64,000 bases of DNA from the human T2T-CHM13v2.0 reference genome, Homo sapiens: NCBI RefSeq assembly GCF_009914755.1, contig NC_060932.1, one strand, 5' to 3'. Position numbers and translations under genes: made by a program. The notes beneath the pieces were generated by a model, which searched no databases, had not been told where the DNA came from, and saw only the letters and a program-made list of their open reading frames with translations. Each line of letters begins with the position of its first letter. The stretch's first letter is position 1. This document shows, one piece after another, positions 13,672-27,095 of the stretch.

Positions 13672-14935
13672 ATGGGCAACCAGGTCTCTTCACCACCCCC
13701 AGCTTATACTCCTCTGGAGTGTATCCTGAACCACTGGGATTGCTTTGACCCTCAGAATCTGGAGGAAAAGCACCTCATAGCCCTCTGCACAAAGGTTTGG
13801 CCAAATTATGATTTACAGGAAGGACTGGCTTGGCCTCAGGAAGGAACCATTCATTTGGATACAATTTGGCAATTGGAGCTTTTCAGTATATGTGAGGACA
13901 GATGGTCTGAGGCCCCATATGTGCAGGCTTTCTACACCTTGCAAGGCAATCCAGATCTTTGCCGACAATGTAGGATCGATCCAGCCTTCCTGTTTGCCCT
14001 CTCAGGGAAGGCTGCAAAGGGCAAACCCAGGGGATTAAAGACATGAGTCCCAGAGGCACCCCCAGCAGAGGAGCCAGCTTCCCCCCAGACCTGCTTCTCT
14101 GGGTCCACCCCATCCTTCCTATTTAGCTTCAGCCTGTCACTTACCCGCTCCTAGAAATCCTCACTCTAAACAAGCTCCAGTCTCATTCTTGCCCCTCCAA
14201 CAGATGCCCAGTGAATTTGGGTCCAGTAAGTTCCAGATTCCTTTTTCCCTACAGGACTTAAAGCAAATTAAGGGGGATCTTGGAAAGTTTTCAGACAACC
14301 CTGATAGATATATAGAGGCTTTCCAGAATTTCAGTCAAATATTTGAACTCTCCTGGAGAGACATTATGTTACTTTTGAATCAGACCCTGATGGACACTGA
14401 GAAGGAGGCTGCTCTGCAAGCAGCAGAGAGATTTGGGGATGAGCTTTGCCTCACATATAGCATCAGAGAAGGGGGCAAATATTATCCAACTGGAAGAGAA
14501 GCAGTACCAGTGAATGACCCTAAATGGGATCCCAATGACGAGGTGGAAGACTGGAAAAAGAGACACTTTCAGGTGTGCATAATGGAGGGCTTATGTACAA
14601 CTAGGACCAAGCCTCTCAATTATACTAAGTTGCCCAGGATTGACCAGGGATTTGATGAAAATCCGACTGCATTCCCGGAAAGGCTAACAGAGGCCTTGGT
14701 AAAGCACACCTTTCTATCTCCTGATTCAGTTGAGGGACAGCTAATCCTAAAGGATAAATTTATTACTCAGGCAGCTCCTGATATCAGGAGGAAGTTGCAG
14801 AAATGGACCCTGGGACCAGATAGTACTTTAGAGGACCTCCTGAAAGTAGCCACCTCAGTCTTCTACAATAGAGAAAGGAAACAAAGGAAAGAGACAAAAG
14901 CTTTAATGGCTGCCAGGCAAGCCCACAAACCCTAG
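13672..14935 (+). pseudogene. gag: ERV1 gag (MA-CA), broken by a stop at 14044-14046 and a frameshift
   Basis: MGNQ myristoylation start, TPLECILNHWDCFDP, PFSLQDLKQIKGDLGKFSDNPDRYIEAF, MHR-like QGFDENPTAFPERL, FITQAAPDIRRKLQK. Confidence 0.92.
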
Positions 14936-15384
14936 AATTCCCAGGGTGCACCTGTTAACTGCTAAAGATACGGCAAGAACAGTTATCTCTCTTCTAAAAG
15001 TTTAACCGCTCTAAAGTTTAATTTCTTTCACCAGGGTGAAACAGCTTGGGGTACAATGTTGTTGTTAGTATATTTTACTTCTTGTTTCTGTAATCTTTGG
15101 CATGAAATTCTTTCCTTGTATAATACACATGTTTAACCTGTGCATACTTACCATTATAAAACTTGTTATTTTCCTCTCACTTACAAGCCATCAAACTCCA
15201 AACAGTCAGGCAACCAGAGCCTCGGATGGTGGTTTCCCTTTGCTAAGAACCCTTAGATAGAACTCTGGGAGGAATCTGACTGCTGTTTTCTGCAAAACAA
15301 TGCCCCCTGTAAGCAGGAAGCACTAAGCTCTGTTATTGTCTATATTCTAAAGGCAGTTAGATGTGCCTCTTCAGAAGGGGGATG

Positions 15385-15935
15385 TGATATGGAAGGGGAG
15401 GAGAAGGGCAGGTCCCCAGTGAGAGTTCCATCCCCAGGCCTGTGCCCACATACCTAGGTGGGGACAGGTACTCATGCCTTTGTGCCCAAATGTTGCATTT
15501 TCCAAGACCACCTTGGCCCAGCACGCCCCCATCTTGTGCCTATAAAAACCCCTGAGACCCTAGCAGGCAGGTACACAGGTGGCTGGATGTCAAGAGGGGC
15601 ACATCAGTGGAGGAGCACACGGCAGCTGGAGGTCAAGAGAAATGCACTGGTGTAGGAGATGCTGCCATGCTGGCAGGCCATCGACCAGTGGAACGAGGCA
15701 GAATTTGGCCGGGGTAGTCAGAGGAGAGCCTGTGCCACTGAGCAGCCCTGCTCCAGGCCCACTGGGGCTTCAGGAGCTGTAAACATTCACCCCTAGACAC
15801 TGCCTTGGGGTTGGAGCCCCACAGCCTGCCTGTCTGTATGCTGCCTGAGAGTTTTGAGTAGCAGAGCACTGAAGAAGCGAGCCACACCCCCATTGCACAA
15901 ACTGTGAGGGGGACACAGGAACTTTTATTGTTCCA
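15385..15935 (+). mobile_element. 3' LTR of nested ERV1 (~230-bp internal deletion)
   Basis: Preceded by PPT agaaggggga; TATAAAAA at 15541; ends ttcca. Confidence 0.92.
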
Positions 15936-15939
15936 GGAT

Positions 15940-17220
15940 GACCCATTCTGTGGACAACACTCAGCTTCTTTCCCCAGCCACCCCTGTCATCATCCAATGG
16001 GCCCATGAACAAAGTGGCAATGGTGGCAGGGATGGAGTTACACATGGGCTTAGCAACATGGACTTCTGCTCACTAAGGCTGACCTGGCTACAGCCACTGC
16101 TGAGTGCCCAATTTGCCAGTGGCAGAGACGAACACTGAGCCCTCGATATGGCACAATTCCTTGGGGTGATCAGCAAGCTACCTAGTGGCAGGTTGATTAT
16201 ATTGGATCTCTTCCATCATGGAAAGAGTGGAGGTTTGTCCTCACTGGCATAGACAGTTACTCTGGATATGGGTTTACCTATCCTGCACACAATGCTTCTG
16301 CCAAGACTACCATCCATGGACTCACAGAATGTCTTATCCACCATCATGATATTCCACACAGCATTGCCTCTGACCAAGCCACTTACTTTATGGCTAAAGA
16401 AGTGCAGCAGTGGGCTCATGTTGATGGAATTCACTGGTCTTACCATGTTCCCCATCATCCTGAAGCAGCTGGATTTTAAGAACGATGGAATGGCCTTTTG
16501 AAGTCACAATTACAATGCCAACTAGGTGACAATACTTTGCAGGACTGGGGCAAAGTTCTCCAGAAGGCTGTGTATGCCCTGAATCGGCATCCAATATATG
16601 TTTCTCCTATAGCCAGGATTCATGGGTACAGGAATCAAGGGGTGAAAGTGGAAGTGGCACCACTCACCATCACCCCTAGTGATTCACTAGCAAAAGTTTT
16701 GCTTCCTGTTCCTGTGACATTATGTTCTGCTGGCCTAAGGGTCTTAATTCCAGAGGGAGGAACACCGCCACCAGGAGACACAACAATGATTCCATTAAAC
16801 TGGAAGTTTAAAGATTGTCATCTGGACACTTTGGGCTCCTACCTTTCAGTCAACAGGCTAAGAAGAGAGTTACAGTGTTGGCTGGGGTGATTGACCCCAC
16901 TATCAAGATGAAATTAGTCTACTACTCCACAATGGAGGTAAGGAAGAGTCTGCATGGAATACAGGAGATCCATTAGGGTGTCTCTTACTATTACCATGCC
17001 TTGTGATTAAAGTCAGTGGGAGACTACAACGGCCCAATCCAGGCAGAACTGCAAATGGCCAAGACTGTTGGGGAATGAAGGTTTGTGTCACTCCACCAGG
17101 AAAAAACCCATGACCTGCTGATGTGCTTCCTGAAGGCAAAGGGAATACATAATGGGTAGTAGAGGAAGGTAGTCCTTAATACCAGTACGACCACGTGACC
17201 AGTTGCAGAAACGAGGACTG
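15940..17220 (+). pseudogene. HERV-L integrase and dUTPase remnants
   Basis: HHCC region (WAHEQSG...CPIC), WQVDYIG, PPGDTTMIPLNWK; several stops and frameshifts. Confidence 0.88.
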
Positions 17221-17529
17221 TAATTTCCATGAGTATTTCTTCCTTCTTTTGTTAAAAACATGTTTGTGTGTGTATACACTTATACTAAGAAAATATCTTC
17301 ATTTTATTTCCATTTTCCTTTATCATGTGACATAAGACTTATTGACTTCATATCAGCATTTAAATATTGTTAACTTTATGTAATAACATTTGGGTTGGGG
17401 ATTGGAGCATTTCTGGTTGTACAAAAGATAGTTGTATTATGTTACGTGTAATTATGACCTTATTATTGTCTTAATATTATGTTTGATCTCAGGAGATGTG
17501 TATAAGTTCAAGTTGACAAGGGATGGACT

Positions 17530-17976
17530 TGTGACAGTTAATACTGAGTGTCAACTTGATTGGACTGAAGGATGTAAAGTACTGCTGCTGGATGTGTCTG
17601 TGAGGGTGTTGCCAAAAGAGATTAAGATTTGAGTCAGTGGGCTGGGAAAGGCAGACCCACCCTTAATCTGGGTGGCACCATCTGATCAGCTGCCAGCATT
17701 GCCAGAATATAAAGCAGACAGAAAAACAAGAAAAGACTAGGCTGGCTTAGCCTCCCAGCCTACATCTTTCTCTTGTGCTGGATACTTCCTGCCCTTGAAC
17801 ATCGGAGTCCAAGTTCTTCAGCTTTGGGACTTGAACTGGTTTCCTTGCTCCTCAGCCTACAGATGGCCTATTTTGGGACCTTGTGATCATGTGAGTTAAT
17901 AGTCCTTAATAAACTCCCCTTTATCTATCTATCTATCCTATAAGTTTTGTCCCTCTAGAGAACCCTGACTAATACA
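17530..17976 (+). mobile_element. MLT2A-type (MLT2A1-like) 3' LTR of HERV-L
   Basis: tgtgacagttaatactgagtgtcaacttgattgg ... aataaa ... ccctgactaataca. Confidence 0.93.
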
Positions 17977-18231
17977 AGCCCCACAAAGGAAAGGCAGCAC
18001 TGATATCTGGGGAGAGATTCCTGACAACACTGTGAACATTTGGATCGGCAATACCTGAAATCATAGATTAAGAACTTAATTTTTAATTTTTTTAGCTTAC
18101 ACATTTTTAGTTACATGAGTCAGTAAATTCCCTTTTCTGCTTAAGCCAGTTTGAGTTGGGCTTTCTCTCATTTGCAACTGAAAGAGTACTGACCACTACA
18201 ACATAGGAAATTTTACCTCTTTTTTTTGAGA
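17977..18231 (+). repeat. Right copy of ~240-bp direct repeat
   Basis: Begins on the base after the LTR terminal CA; matches 7694-7936. Confidence 0.95.
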
Positions 18232-19542
18232 GTCTTCAAGATCCTAGATCCAGGAATGACTTTTTTCCCTTCTGAGTAAATGGTTTATTTTATGGATACT
18301 GTATATCATATAAACAATTCTGCTTTGGGCAGAAAATTGAGGATCAAATTTTGGATTCACTTCTAATCAGTGAAGGGCTTTACCTTGTCGTCGTTGTTGT
18401 TGTTTTTAAAATACACCAACATTACTCATGGCTCTATCTTATTTTTCCTACTTTTATTATTCTTTTGCCCTGGTTCCATCACCTTTTAAATTTTATCTTG
18501 CTTTATTTTATCTCTGTAAGCTTGTCTAATTAATTTTTTTTTTAGCAAAGGCAGTATATAAATAAATAGGCTAAACGATGAGAACATTCTGTATGATTCT
18601 GTTTACGTTTCTGTTGTCAACCAAGAACATCTGTTTCTTTTGAGAAGACATGTCTTTAGTGTATTACAAACATCACTGCCTGCCTGTAGGAGATAATGTG
18701 TATAATCTTGCATTTCTTAATAGGCTTGTGGCTTTACTTAATTATCTTTGCCAAAAAATATTATTGTTTTGAGGGGAGAGCACAGGGTCTTATTTAGGTG
18801 GTTATATAATTTCCCCTCACAGTAAAAATGTAAACAGGACATGAATGCATAGATTTACTATAAGTGGGCCACCACGTAGGGCTGTCAGCCTAAATTACTG
18901 GGTTCAGCATTTATCCTGTAACATCTTAACATTTTGTATACGTGGTTCCATAACTGTGAGATTCTGTGGTCAGATGATGTCTTCTCCTTTCCCACGCTTT
19001 CTTCATACAAATTCTCTTGCATATCCTTTTGTTCCTTGGTTTCTATAAAGGTCCATCTCTTTCTTCTTAAAGAGATATTTCTTAAACACTTGGACAGGCA
19101 TGCTATGGCCAGTTCATGTGCCTACTATGGTTCAGTAATTGCTTATGATTTCAGAACCACCTACCACAAGGCCCCTAGATTCTGTCTCCCACTTCCACTG
19201 TTCCCAGTACCAATTCTCATTCTCAGCCACACTTATCTCCTCTTTTTGTTCAGAGCACAATTGTGCTCATGCTTTCCTCCCACCATAAGTGTCATCTTCA
19301 AAAAGTCCTTCCCCTTTCTCTATTCATCCACATTCTACTATTTTTCAAGATTGAACTCCACAAAGTTCTTCCCAGGCATTACGCTCTGCACAGGTCTTTC
19401 TTGTCATCAAACCTTCCTGGAGTGCATGCTCAGAGGCTGGCATCACATTATGTGTGACACATTGCATGCATTTTCCTCTAAATAGCAATTAAATATGTGC
19501 ATTTGTTTTATGTAAATATTTTGTTTCTCAAGAATAAATCTG

Positions 19543-19850
19543 GGCCAGGCACAGTGGCTCACGCCTGTAATCTCAGCACTTTGAGAGGCCAAGGTAGGAG
19601 GATCACCTGAGGTCAGGAATTTGAGACCAGCCTGGCCAAAATGTGAAACCCTGTCCTACTAAAAATACAAAAATTAGCTGGGCGTGATGGCACATGCCTG
19701 TAATCTCAGCTACTTGGAGGCTGAGGCAGGAGAATTGCTTGAACCTGGGCAGTGGAGGTTGCAGTGAGCTGAGATCACGTCACTGCACTTCACTGGGCGA
19801 TAGAGAGAGATACTGTCTCCAAAAAAAAAAAAAAAAAAGAAAGAAAGAAA
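19543..19850 (+). mobile_element. Alu
   Basis: Full Alu, A tail, TSD agaataaatct/agaaaacatct. Confidence 0.97.
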
Positions 19851-20239
19851 AGAAAACATCTAAAGCTTCTTGAGATGAATATTAGGTCTTTATTTATTTC
19901 TTATCCCTCAAGTATTTAACACAGTGCTAAATGCACAGTACATATTTAATGAAAATAAACTAAATGTACTGTGAATTAGGAGACCTGAAATTTAGTGGCA
20001 AGTTGTTTTTGGTTAGCTATCTGACTCTGGGCTACTCATCATTTTACCTTTTGAGTCTTCTAATTTCTCATGTAAAATAGGAAAAAATAAATGTCATGGA
20101 CTTTGCTAAAAGAAAAAATTAATCACCTGGGGCAGCTAAGGGAATGCACATAAACAAATAAGGGCACACTTTTCTTCTTTGTCTTACTAATGATTGAGAG
20201 GGAGCCTGGGTTCGGTACAGAAGGAAATCCCCAAGACCG

Positions 20240-21100
<861 letters not shown>

Positions 21101-23790
21101 CTTTATTTCCCCTAAGCAATTCGTGTTTTATAGGCTAACTAGAAAGACATGTGTGTTAGATGAGTATTACTCCAGCTAGCAAAGACTTCTTCTACCCACA
21201 TGACTGCTTCTTTGAATTTTTGCCCAATAATTACAAGGCTTTGATCACCCAAAGTACGAACACCCTAGGCTGCAAGCTCTCTGAAGACACGGGATCATGT
21301 TTGTCTTGCTCCCACTATATCCTTAGCACTCATTTAGAGCATGGCACACAGTAGGTGTTCAGTAAATACTTTTAGGATGACAGAGTCTCCTGAAGTGATC
21401 GTGATGTGGGTGTGAATTTTCCTAGTCCTCTTTGTATCTGTGTCAAGTCATACATACCCAAGAACTGCAAATTTAGGTAAGTACTTTATTATGACAAACT
21501 GGGAACTCTCTCTTTGTTGACTCAAGTAAGAGACATTAATATAAATGGAAAATTATTTTTAAATGTTCAATAATTTTACAATATTAGGGGGTAAGAGCAC
21601 TCATAGAACTGAAGTAAGAATCTGTGCTATTACCTGGTCTCCTTGGTAGAAAGTCATATGTAAAGGTGAGCGATTACATTCACACGCAAAAATACATAAA
21701 CCACCAAAGCCTTTACTTCTTTTGCTGTTGGGAAGCCCTGGCCTCTGGGGTGGACAGTCATATGCAAATAGGCATCTATTACTCAGCAGGGAAGGGAGGC
21801 CTTGACCCACTCTCACACTAATTTAATTTTATAAAATCTTCACCTGGGTCTTGGTCAGTGTATAGGATATTGGTTTTTATGTAAATACTTCATCCTCGTT
21901 TTGTCCATCAGAGATTGAACTTGCCATGCAGTTAGCTGAGAAGCGTCATACCTGGTTCTTGGTTCGGTAAGCTATGCTACCAGTGGTTTCCATGGAAATG
22001 ACAGTGGAAACGGCCCCATGTGCCTGAGTTGTTAGAGCTGCCAGCTGGACTCTGAGGAGAGGTGCTTTTCCCCTTGACATCCAGAGCCCATCGCCAGCAC
22101 GGATGGGATGGCAGGCTGTCATGACCCCTGAGTAGGCCCTAAAGCTCCAGCCCTTCAAATGGCTGAGGACATCTGATATTTTTGGTTATAACTTGAAAAA
22201 CTTTTTCAGAAACAAATTACTTATTGGATATTTTTGTTTTCAATGTCAAATATTAACATTTCCCTTCAATTTAGACTCATAGATCTAATGTAGTGGTTAA
22301 TAAGTGACTTTTATAAATATGAACTTGTCCAGATTGTTAAAAATTCTCCGATCTTTTCGTTAGGGGAAAAACCCCTGAATATTGTTTATTTTATGAATAT
22401 TCAATAAGAAATATGTTCTCAAATATTTCATGGTAAATTGGGAATATGTGTTAGTATCTTTGGTAAACTTTGTAACCATTTTTAGACCCTGCTGGTAACT
22501 TACCAGGGGAATTGGTTAAACTGTCCAATTTCTTGTTGCCTTTGTTTCCTAATTTATTAAATAAAGTTTCAGTGAAGTGGGAGTAGTGAAGACTGAAGTC
22601 TACTCTGACAGAAATGGTCATAAAGTTCCTGATAGAGGGTGGATGTTTACTAAAGTGTACCAACAAGTAGATGTAACTAAATCTTGACCATTTGTGAATG
22701 ATCACACATTGGGCTGTTCTGAGAAAATTAATATTCTGCTTTATTTGTTGTTTAAAGATAATCCATATATAGCCCATCAATTTTCAAACAATGTAATACA
22801 ATATGATATATTCTAAAGTTATACTGCACACAATTTAGTCTTTGATGATTCACTAATTGTGTAATATGGATAGTATACAATGAAAAGCAGTTTACAGAGC
22901 ACAGTGTCAAACATTAAAAATGGGAAACAATGGATAAACATCCCTTCTTCCCCTTTAAAATTACTTTAATTTAATTTTAAAAATTCATATTTGACAACCT
23001 TACCTTTATCACAAAAATAGAGCTCAGGAAAATCATCCTGGTTATGTGATGTTTCTTCTGGCTTAGGCTATGAATAGAAGGGAGGCTAATAAACTATAAA
23101 AACAAATATGATAATATTAATAGGTACATTTCAGTGAGAAAAAGACTCAAGATTCACCAGTGTACTTGGAAGGAAAAAAACCTGTTTTGATCTAATGGCT
23201 AAAATACATGTATGTGAATTACAACGGGAAAGCATCTCCTCTGCACTTGAAAATATGTATGTTACCTGAAGCTGGGCAAGTCATCAGGGGCGGAATGTGA
23301 TCGTCGTTAAAAACAGGAAACATGGTATTTTGAGTAGACTTCAGGTTTACTATAGAATATAGAAATTCCCACCAGAAACACAGTCATGTTCATTGATATT
23401 TCCCATGCCATTTGATTATCTTATCCTTCATATGATGCCAGTTTGCTTTTTGAAATTTTCATGTTAGCAATTATTTTTTATATTCAAGTCACAGTACTCA
23501 GGATATTACAGCTTTTGATACTTGAATTTAATATCCTTATAGGACAACTGCTGAATCCATTAGTTAGCCATCTGGTTTAGGGTAGCTTGCCTGCTATTTC
23601 TTTAGGCTTTCAAATTCTTGAAATGTTTTGTACTTATGATCATTTGCATTTTAAATGCATGCATGTGTGTTCATGTATATACTGACATCTTGCTTTAACA
23701 GTTCACTCTGAATGAAATGAAAGGGTGACTTCCAAGAAGATTTAGTAATTGAAATGCCAAAGTGATCTCATTACATGGTTTTGTTCCCAA

Positions 23791-24961
23791 GTGTATTAGT
23801 TTCTTATGGCTGCTGTAACAAATTGCCACAAACTACGTGGCTTAAAACGAGACACATTTATTCGCTTACAGTTCTGGAGATCAGAAGTCTGAAATCTGAA
23901 CTGAAATTGAGGTATTGTTTGGGCCATCCTCCATCTGGGGCCTGCAGGGGGGGATGCTTTTTCTTGTCTTTTCTAGCTGCATTCTTTGCATCACTTGGCC
24001 TGTGGCTCCTTCCTCTCCAAAGCCAGCAGCTTCATATCTTGATTTAGTTTTCATGTTGCCGTCTGTCTGGTTCCGGACCAGGGTCATCAGCTTCTAATTC
24101 TGATGCATGATCTCTCCAAGATCACTGGATACAGGATCCCTCTGCCTCCCTCTTATAAAATACTCTTATGGTTACATTTAGAACCCACTCAAATAATCCC
24201 GGATAATCTCAATATTCTTAATTTAATCACATCCACAAAGTCCCTTTTGCCATATAAGGTAAGATTCACAGATCTCAAAAATTAGGATCTGGATATCTTT
24301 GGGGACTATTATTCAGTTGTTCAGGAAAGGGTTAACTCAGGAGGCCCATGTTGCTTAAATCCTGCACATTCTCAATGTCTTTAGGACTGGCCCTTGGCCT
24401 AGTCTCTAGGAGAAGACCTCTGAGTCTGTAGAGTATCCTACCTGGTAAGTTTCTTTGTAAGGTCTTCAGCCACACCAGATAGTTCATGTCAACAATATAA
24501 TTTATGGCGAATGCCTATTTTTGTGTGCTTGAGGCCATGGGTCACGTTCTGTTTGACCTCTTGGGAGTGGGGGCCTGGAGACTGAGTAGCTAAGGTCAGT
24601 CATATGAATGTTACATGCCTATGTGACTGACCCCTTAATAAAATCTTTGGACACTAAGGCTGGGTGAGCTTACCTGGTTCACAACACTTAGCAATTAGCA
24701 TGTGTTGTCACACCTTGTTAGTGAGAGAATTATGCACTGTCCATGTAACTCCACTGGGAAAGGATAACTGAAGCTTGTGTCAGGCTTCTCCTGGACTCTG
24801 TCCAGTATGCCTTTTCTCCTTGCAAATTTCAATATGTATCTTCTCACTGGAATAAATTGGAACTGTGTTTATAATAGCTTTTCTGAGTCCTGTGAGTCCT
24901 TCTATTCAATCATCTAGCCTGAGGGTTGTCTTCAGGATTCCCAATACATCAACTTACCATA
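23791..24961 (-). mobile_element. MaLR LTR (MLT1-like) interrupted by another LTR
   Basis: gtgtattagtttcttatggctgctgtaacaaattgccacaaa ... ggggactattattcag; last bases resume after 24948. Confidence 0.85.
24318..24948 (+). mobile_element. Solo LTR (MER21-like)
   Basis: TG...CA ends, degraded 5-bp TSD tcagt/tcaac, AATAAA near 24851. Confidence 0.75.
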
Positions 24962-25905
24962 ACTAGTTAGTGCAATAACCTAGAATTGAGGTTGATATTA
25001 GGATAAGAGGTGTCTGTGTGTATACAATATGTTGTGCAAATACAGTATATACATAAAACAGAAAAGACCATCTTTGGTAAAATATTAATCTTAATTAAAA
25101 ATGGAAACATTGTTAGTATATATTAACAAATTACTGAGAGCTATGGAAATTAGATACTGTATCACTATTGCATTGAAAACCATGGAAACAGGGTAAATAT
25201 TTTAGTTTTGTGTACAAATGTATAAGCCCAAACCTTGGAAATATACACAGAAATACTATGCATGCTTCAAAAGCTTAAAAATAAAATATACTCCTACATG
25301 CCTTTGAGAAATAATGGAAAATAAATGCATTTAATTTATTGTGCTTTCATTGCCAATTCACCTAAATCTAGAGCAAAAGTAAGCAACAGAAGGGCATGAA
25401 TTAGACTATTTTCTTTGTGAGAACAACCATCATCTAATGAGCTGAAAAAAATTACGTCGGAAAATTATTTTCTTTCATTTGGAAGAAGATAGTGTTTAGA
25501 AAATTGATTGAGCTAATAAGTTAGACCCTGATGGGATCTGAATTCTTGTGGAATGTTCTCGAATGCCAAAAAAAAAAAAAAAAAAGAAGAGTTACTGTTA
25601 TTCTGCAGGGAAAATGAATCAAGCAAGATGGGCTTGTATCAAGCATTTTTCATTTTAATACTTCCTACTTCTGAAACTTCAGTGAAATTACTTTGGTAGT
25701 TTTTTTCTTATTTCACTTTTATGTGCATGTGCTTAGTGAAAATTGTTGAGTGGCTGAACCTTATATACCTAATTAAATTGGGGCAGAGCTAGGCAACCAA
25801 AGTATGTGTGAGAACGAGGAAGCAGAATGAGGCCTTAGAAAATAATTCCCCAATCATAGAATGGACTCCAAACTATCACAAAACTACAGAAACATGACTT
25901 GTTGA

Positions 25906-26243
<338 letters not shown>

Positions 26244-26779
26244 AAGTTGTCTAGATTTTTTTTTAAGGAGGCTTTGGATGTTATATGGGCTTGCATGGAA
26301 TTGTTGAACTAGATTAATCAGATAAACCCTAAATTGGTCCAGAAATGCACCCTCACTCTGAATGTCAAATCACTGGATTCAGGGTGCAAGAGAATTGGAT
26401 CTGCTGTGCCAGGGTCATGGTGCTCCTGGAAGTCCGACTGCAGCTTTTGGGGGAAACTGTGAGGCTTGGAATGAGTTCTGTTCTATAGACTTTATAGGCT
26501 GTTCTGCTAGAACCATACATACTCAATGTTTTGCAATGTTATTTGTTGAAGCCCAAGAAAAAATTTTCCTAGGAAAATTTTCTTATGAAGAAACCAATGC
26601 AGAAGGATACCAAAAGCTCTGCTTGACTTATTTCAAATGACACTCAATTTCATTTGAAAAATAAAACAGTCTTAGGAGGGCTATGACAGACAAGCTTTGG
26701 CTGATTCCAGACCAGGGTCATGGGTTAGTAATTCTGATACTTTTATGTTGTACAAATCCAGAGGGTGGCTATGAAATTC

Positions 26780-27095
26780 TGTCAGTCACCTAAGAAACTT
26801 ACTTAACTTTTCTGTGCCTTGGTTTCCTCACTTCAGAAATGCAGATGGCACCAATAAATTGAAACTTTGAAATTCTGGGATGATGCCCCTTCTTTGTCAC
26901 CTAACCATCCCTTGGTACACAGAGCCTCTGCTAATGGACCAGTCCATTTTAATGTGGAATTCAGGAGAAGGGTGAGAAGTTAGTTGTGCTTCCTGCTCAG
27001 ATGATTAATTCCTAATAGAGGAATTATGAGGTTTAAATGATACAATACTTGTAAAGTATAATTAGCTGTTCCTGGTATATAACAAGCTTTTATTA
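26780..27095 (+). mobile_element. MIR split by a 143-bp insertion
   Basis: ttacttaacttttctgtgccttggtttcctca...aaatg before, and tgaggtttaaatgatacaatacttgtaaag after. Confidence 0.75.
26858..27000 (+). repeat. 143-bp local duplication (partner 28048-28190)
   Basis: Ungapped, offset 1190, ~22 mismatches. Confidence 0.93.

Larger units (their letters stand above)
11268..15935 (+). mobile_element. Nested ERV1-class non-autonomous provirus (LTR1/LTR27/LTR28/MER52-group LTRs, gag only)
   Basis: Two related TG...CA LTRs, 4-bp TSD agat/ggat, PBS, splice donor, gag and PPT. HERV-L pol resumes at 15940. Confidence 0.92.

Noticed and set aside
9000-16500. APOBEC3-type hypermutation of HERV-L (a few apparent TGG to TAG/TGA stops)
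   Set aside because: Most Trp codons are intact and other stop types are present; ordinary neutral decay is enough.
25568-25585. Free poly-A run as the tail of a processed pseudogene
   Set aside because: No upstream AATAAA, no TSD and no recognisable coding sequence.
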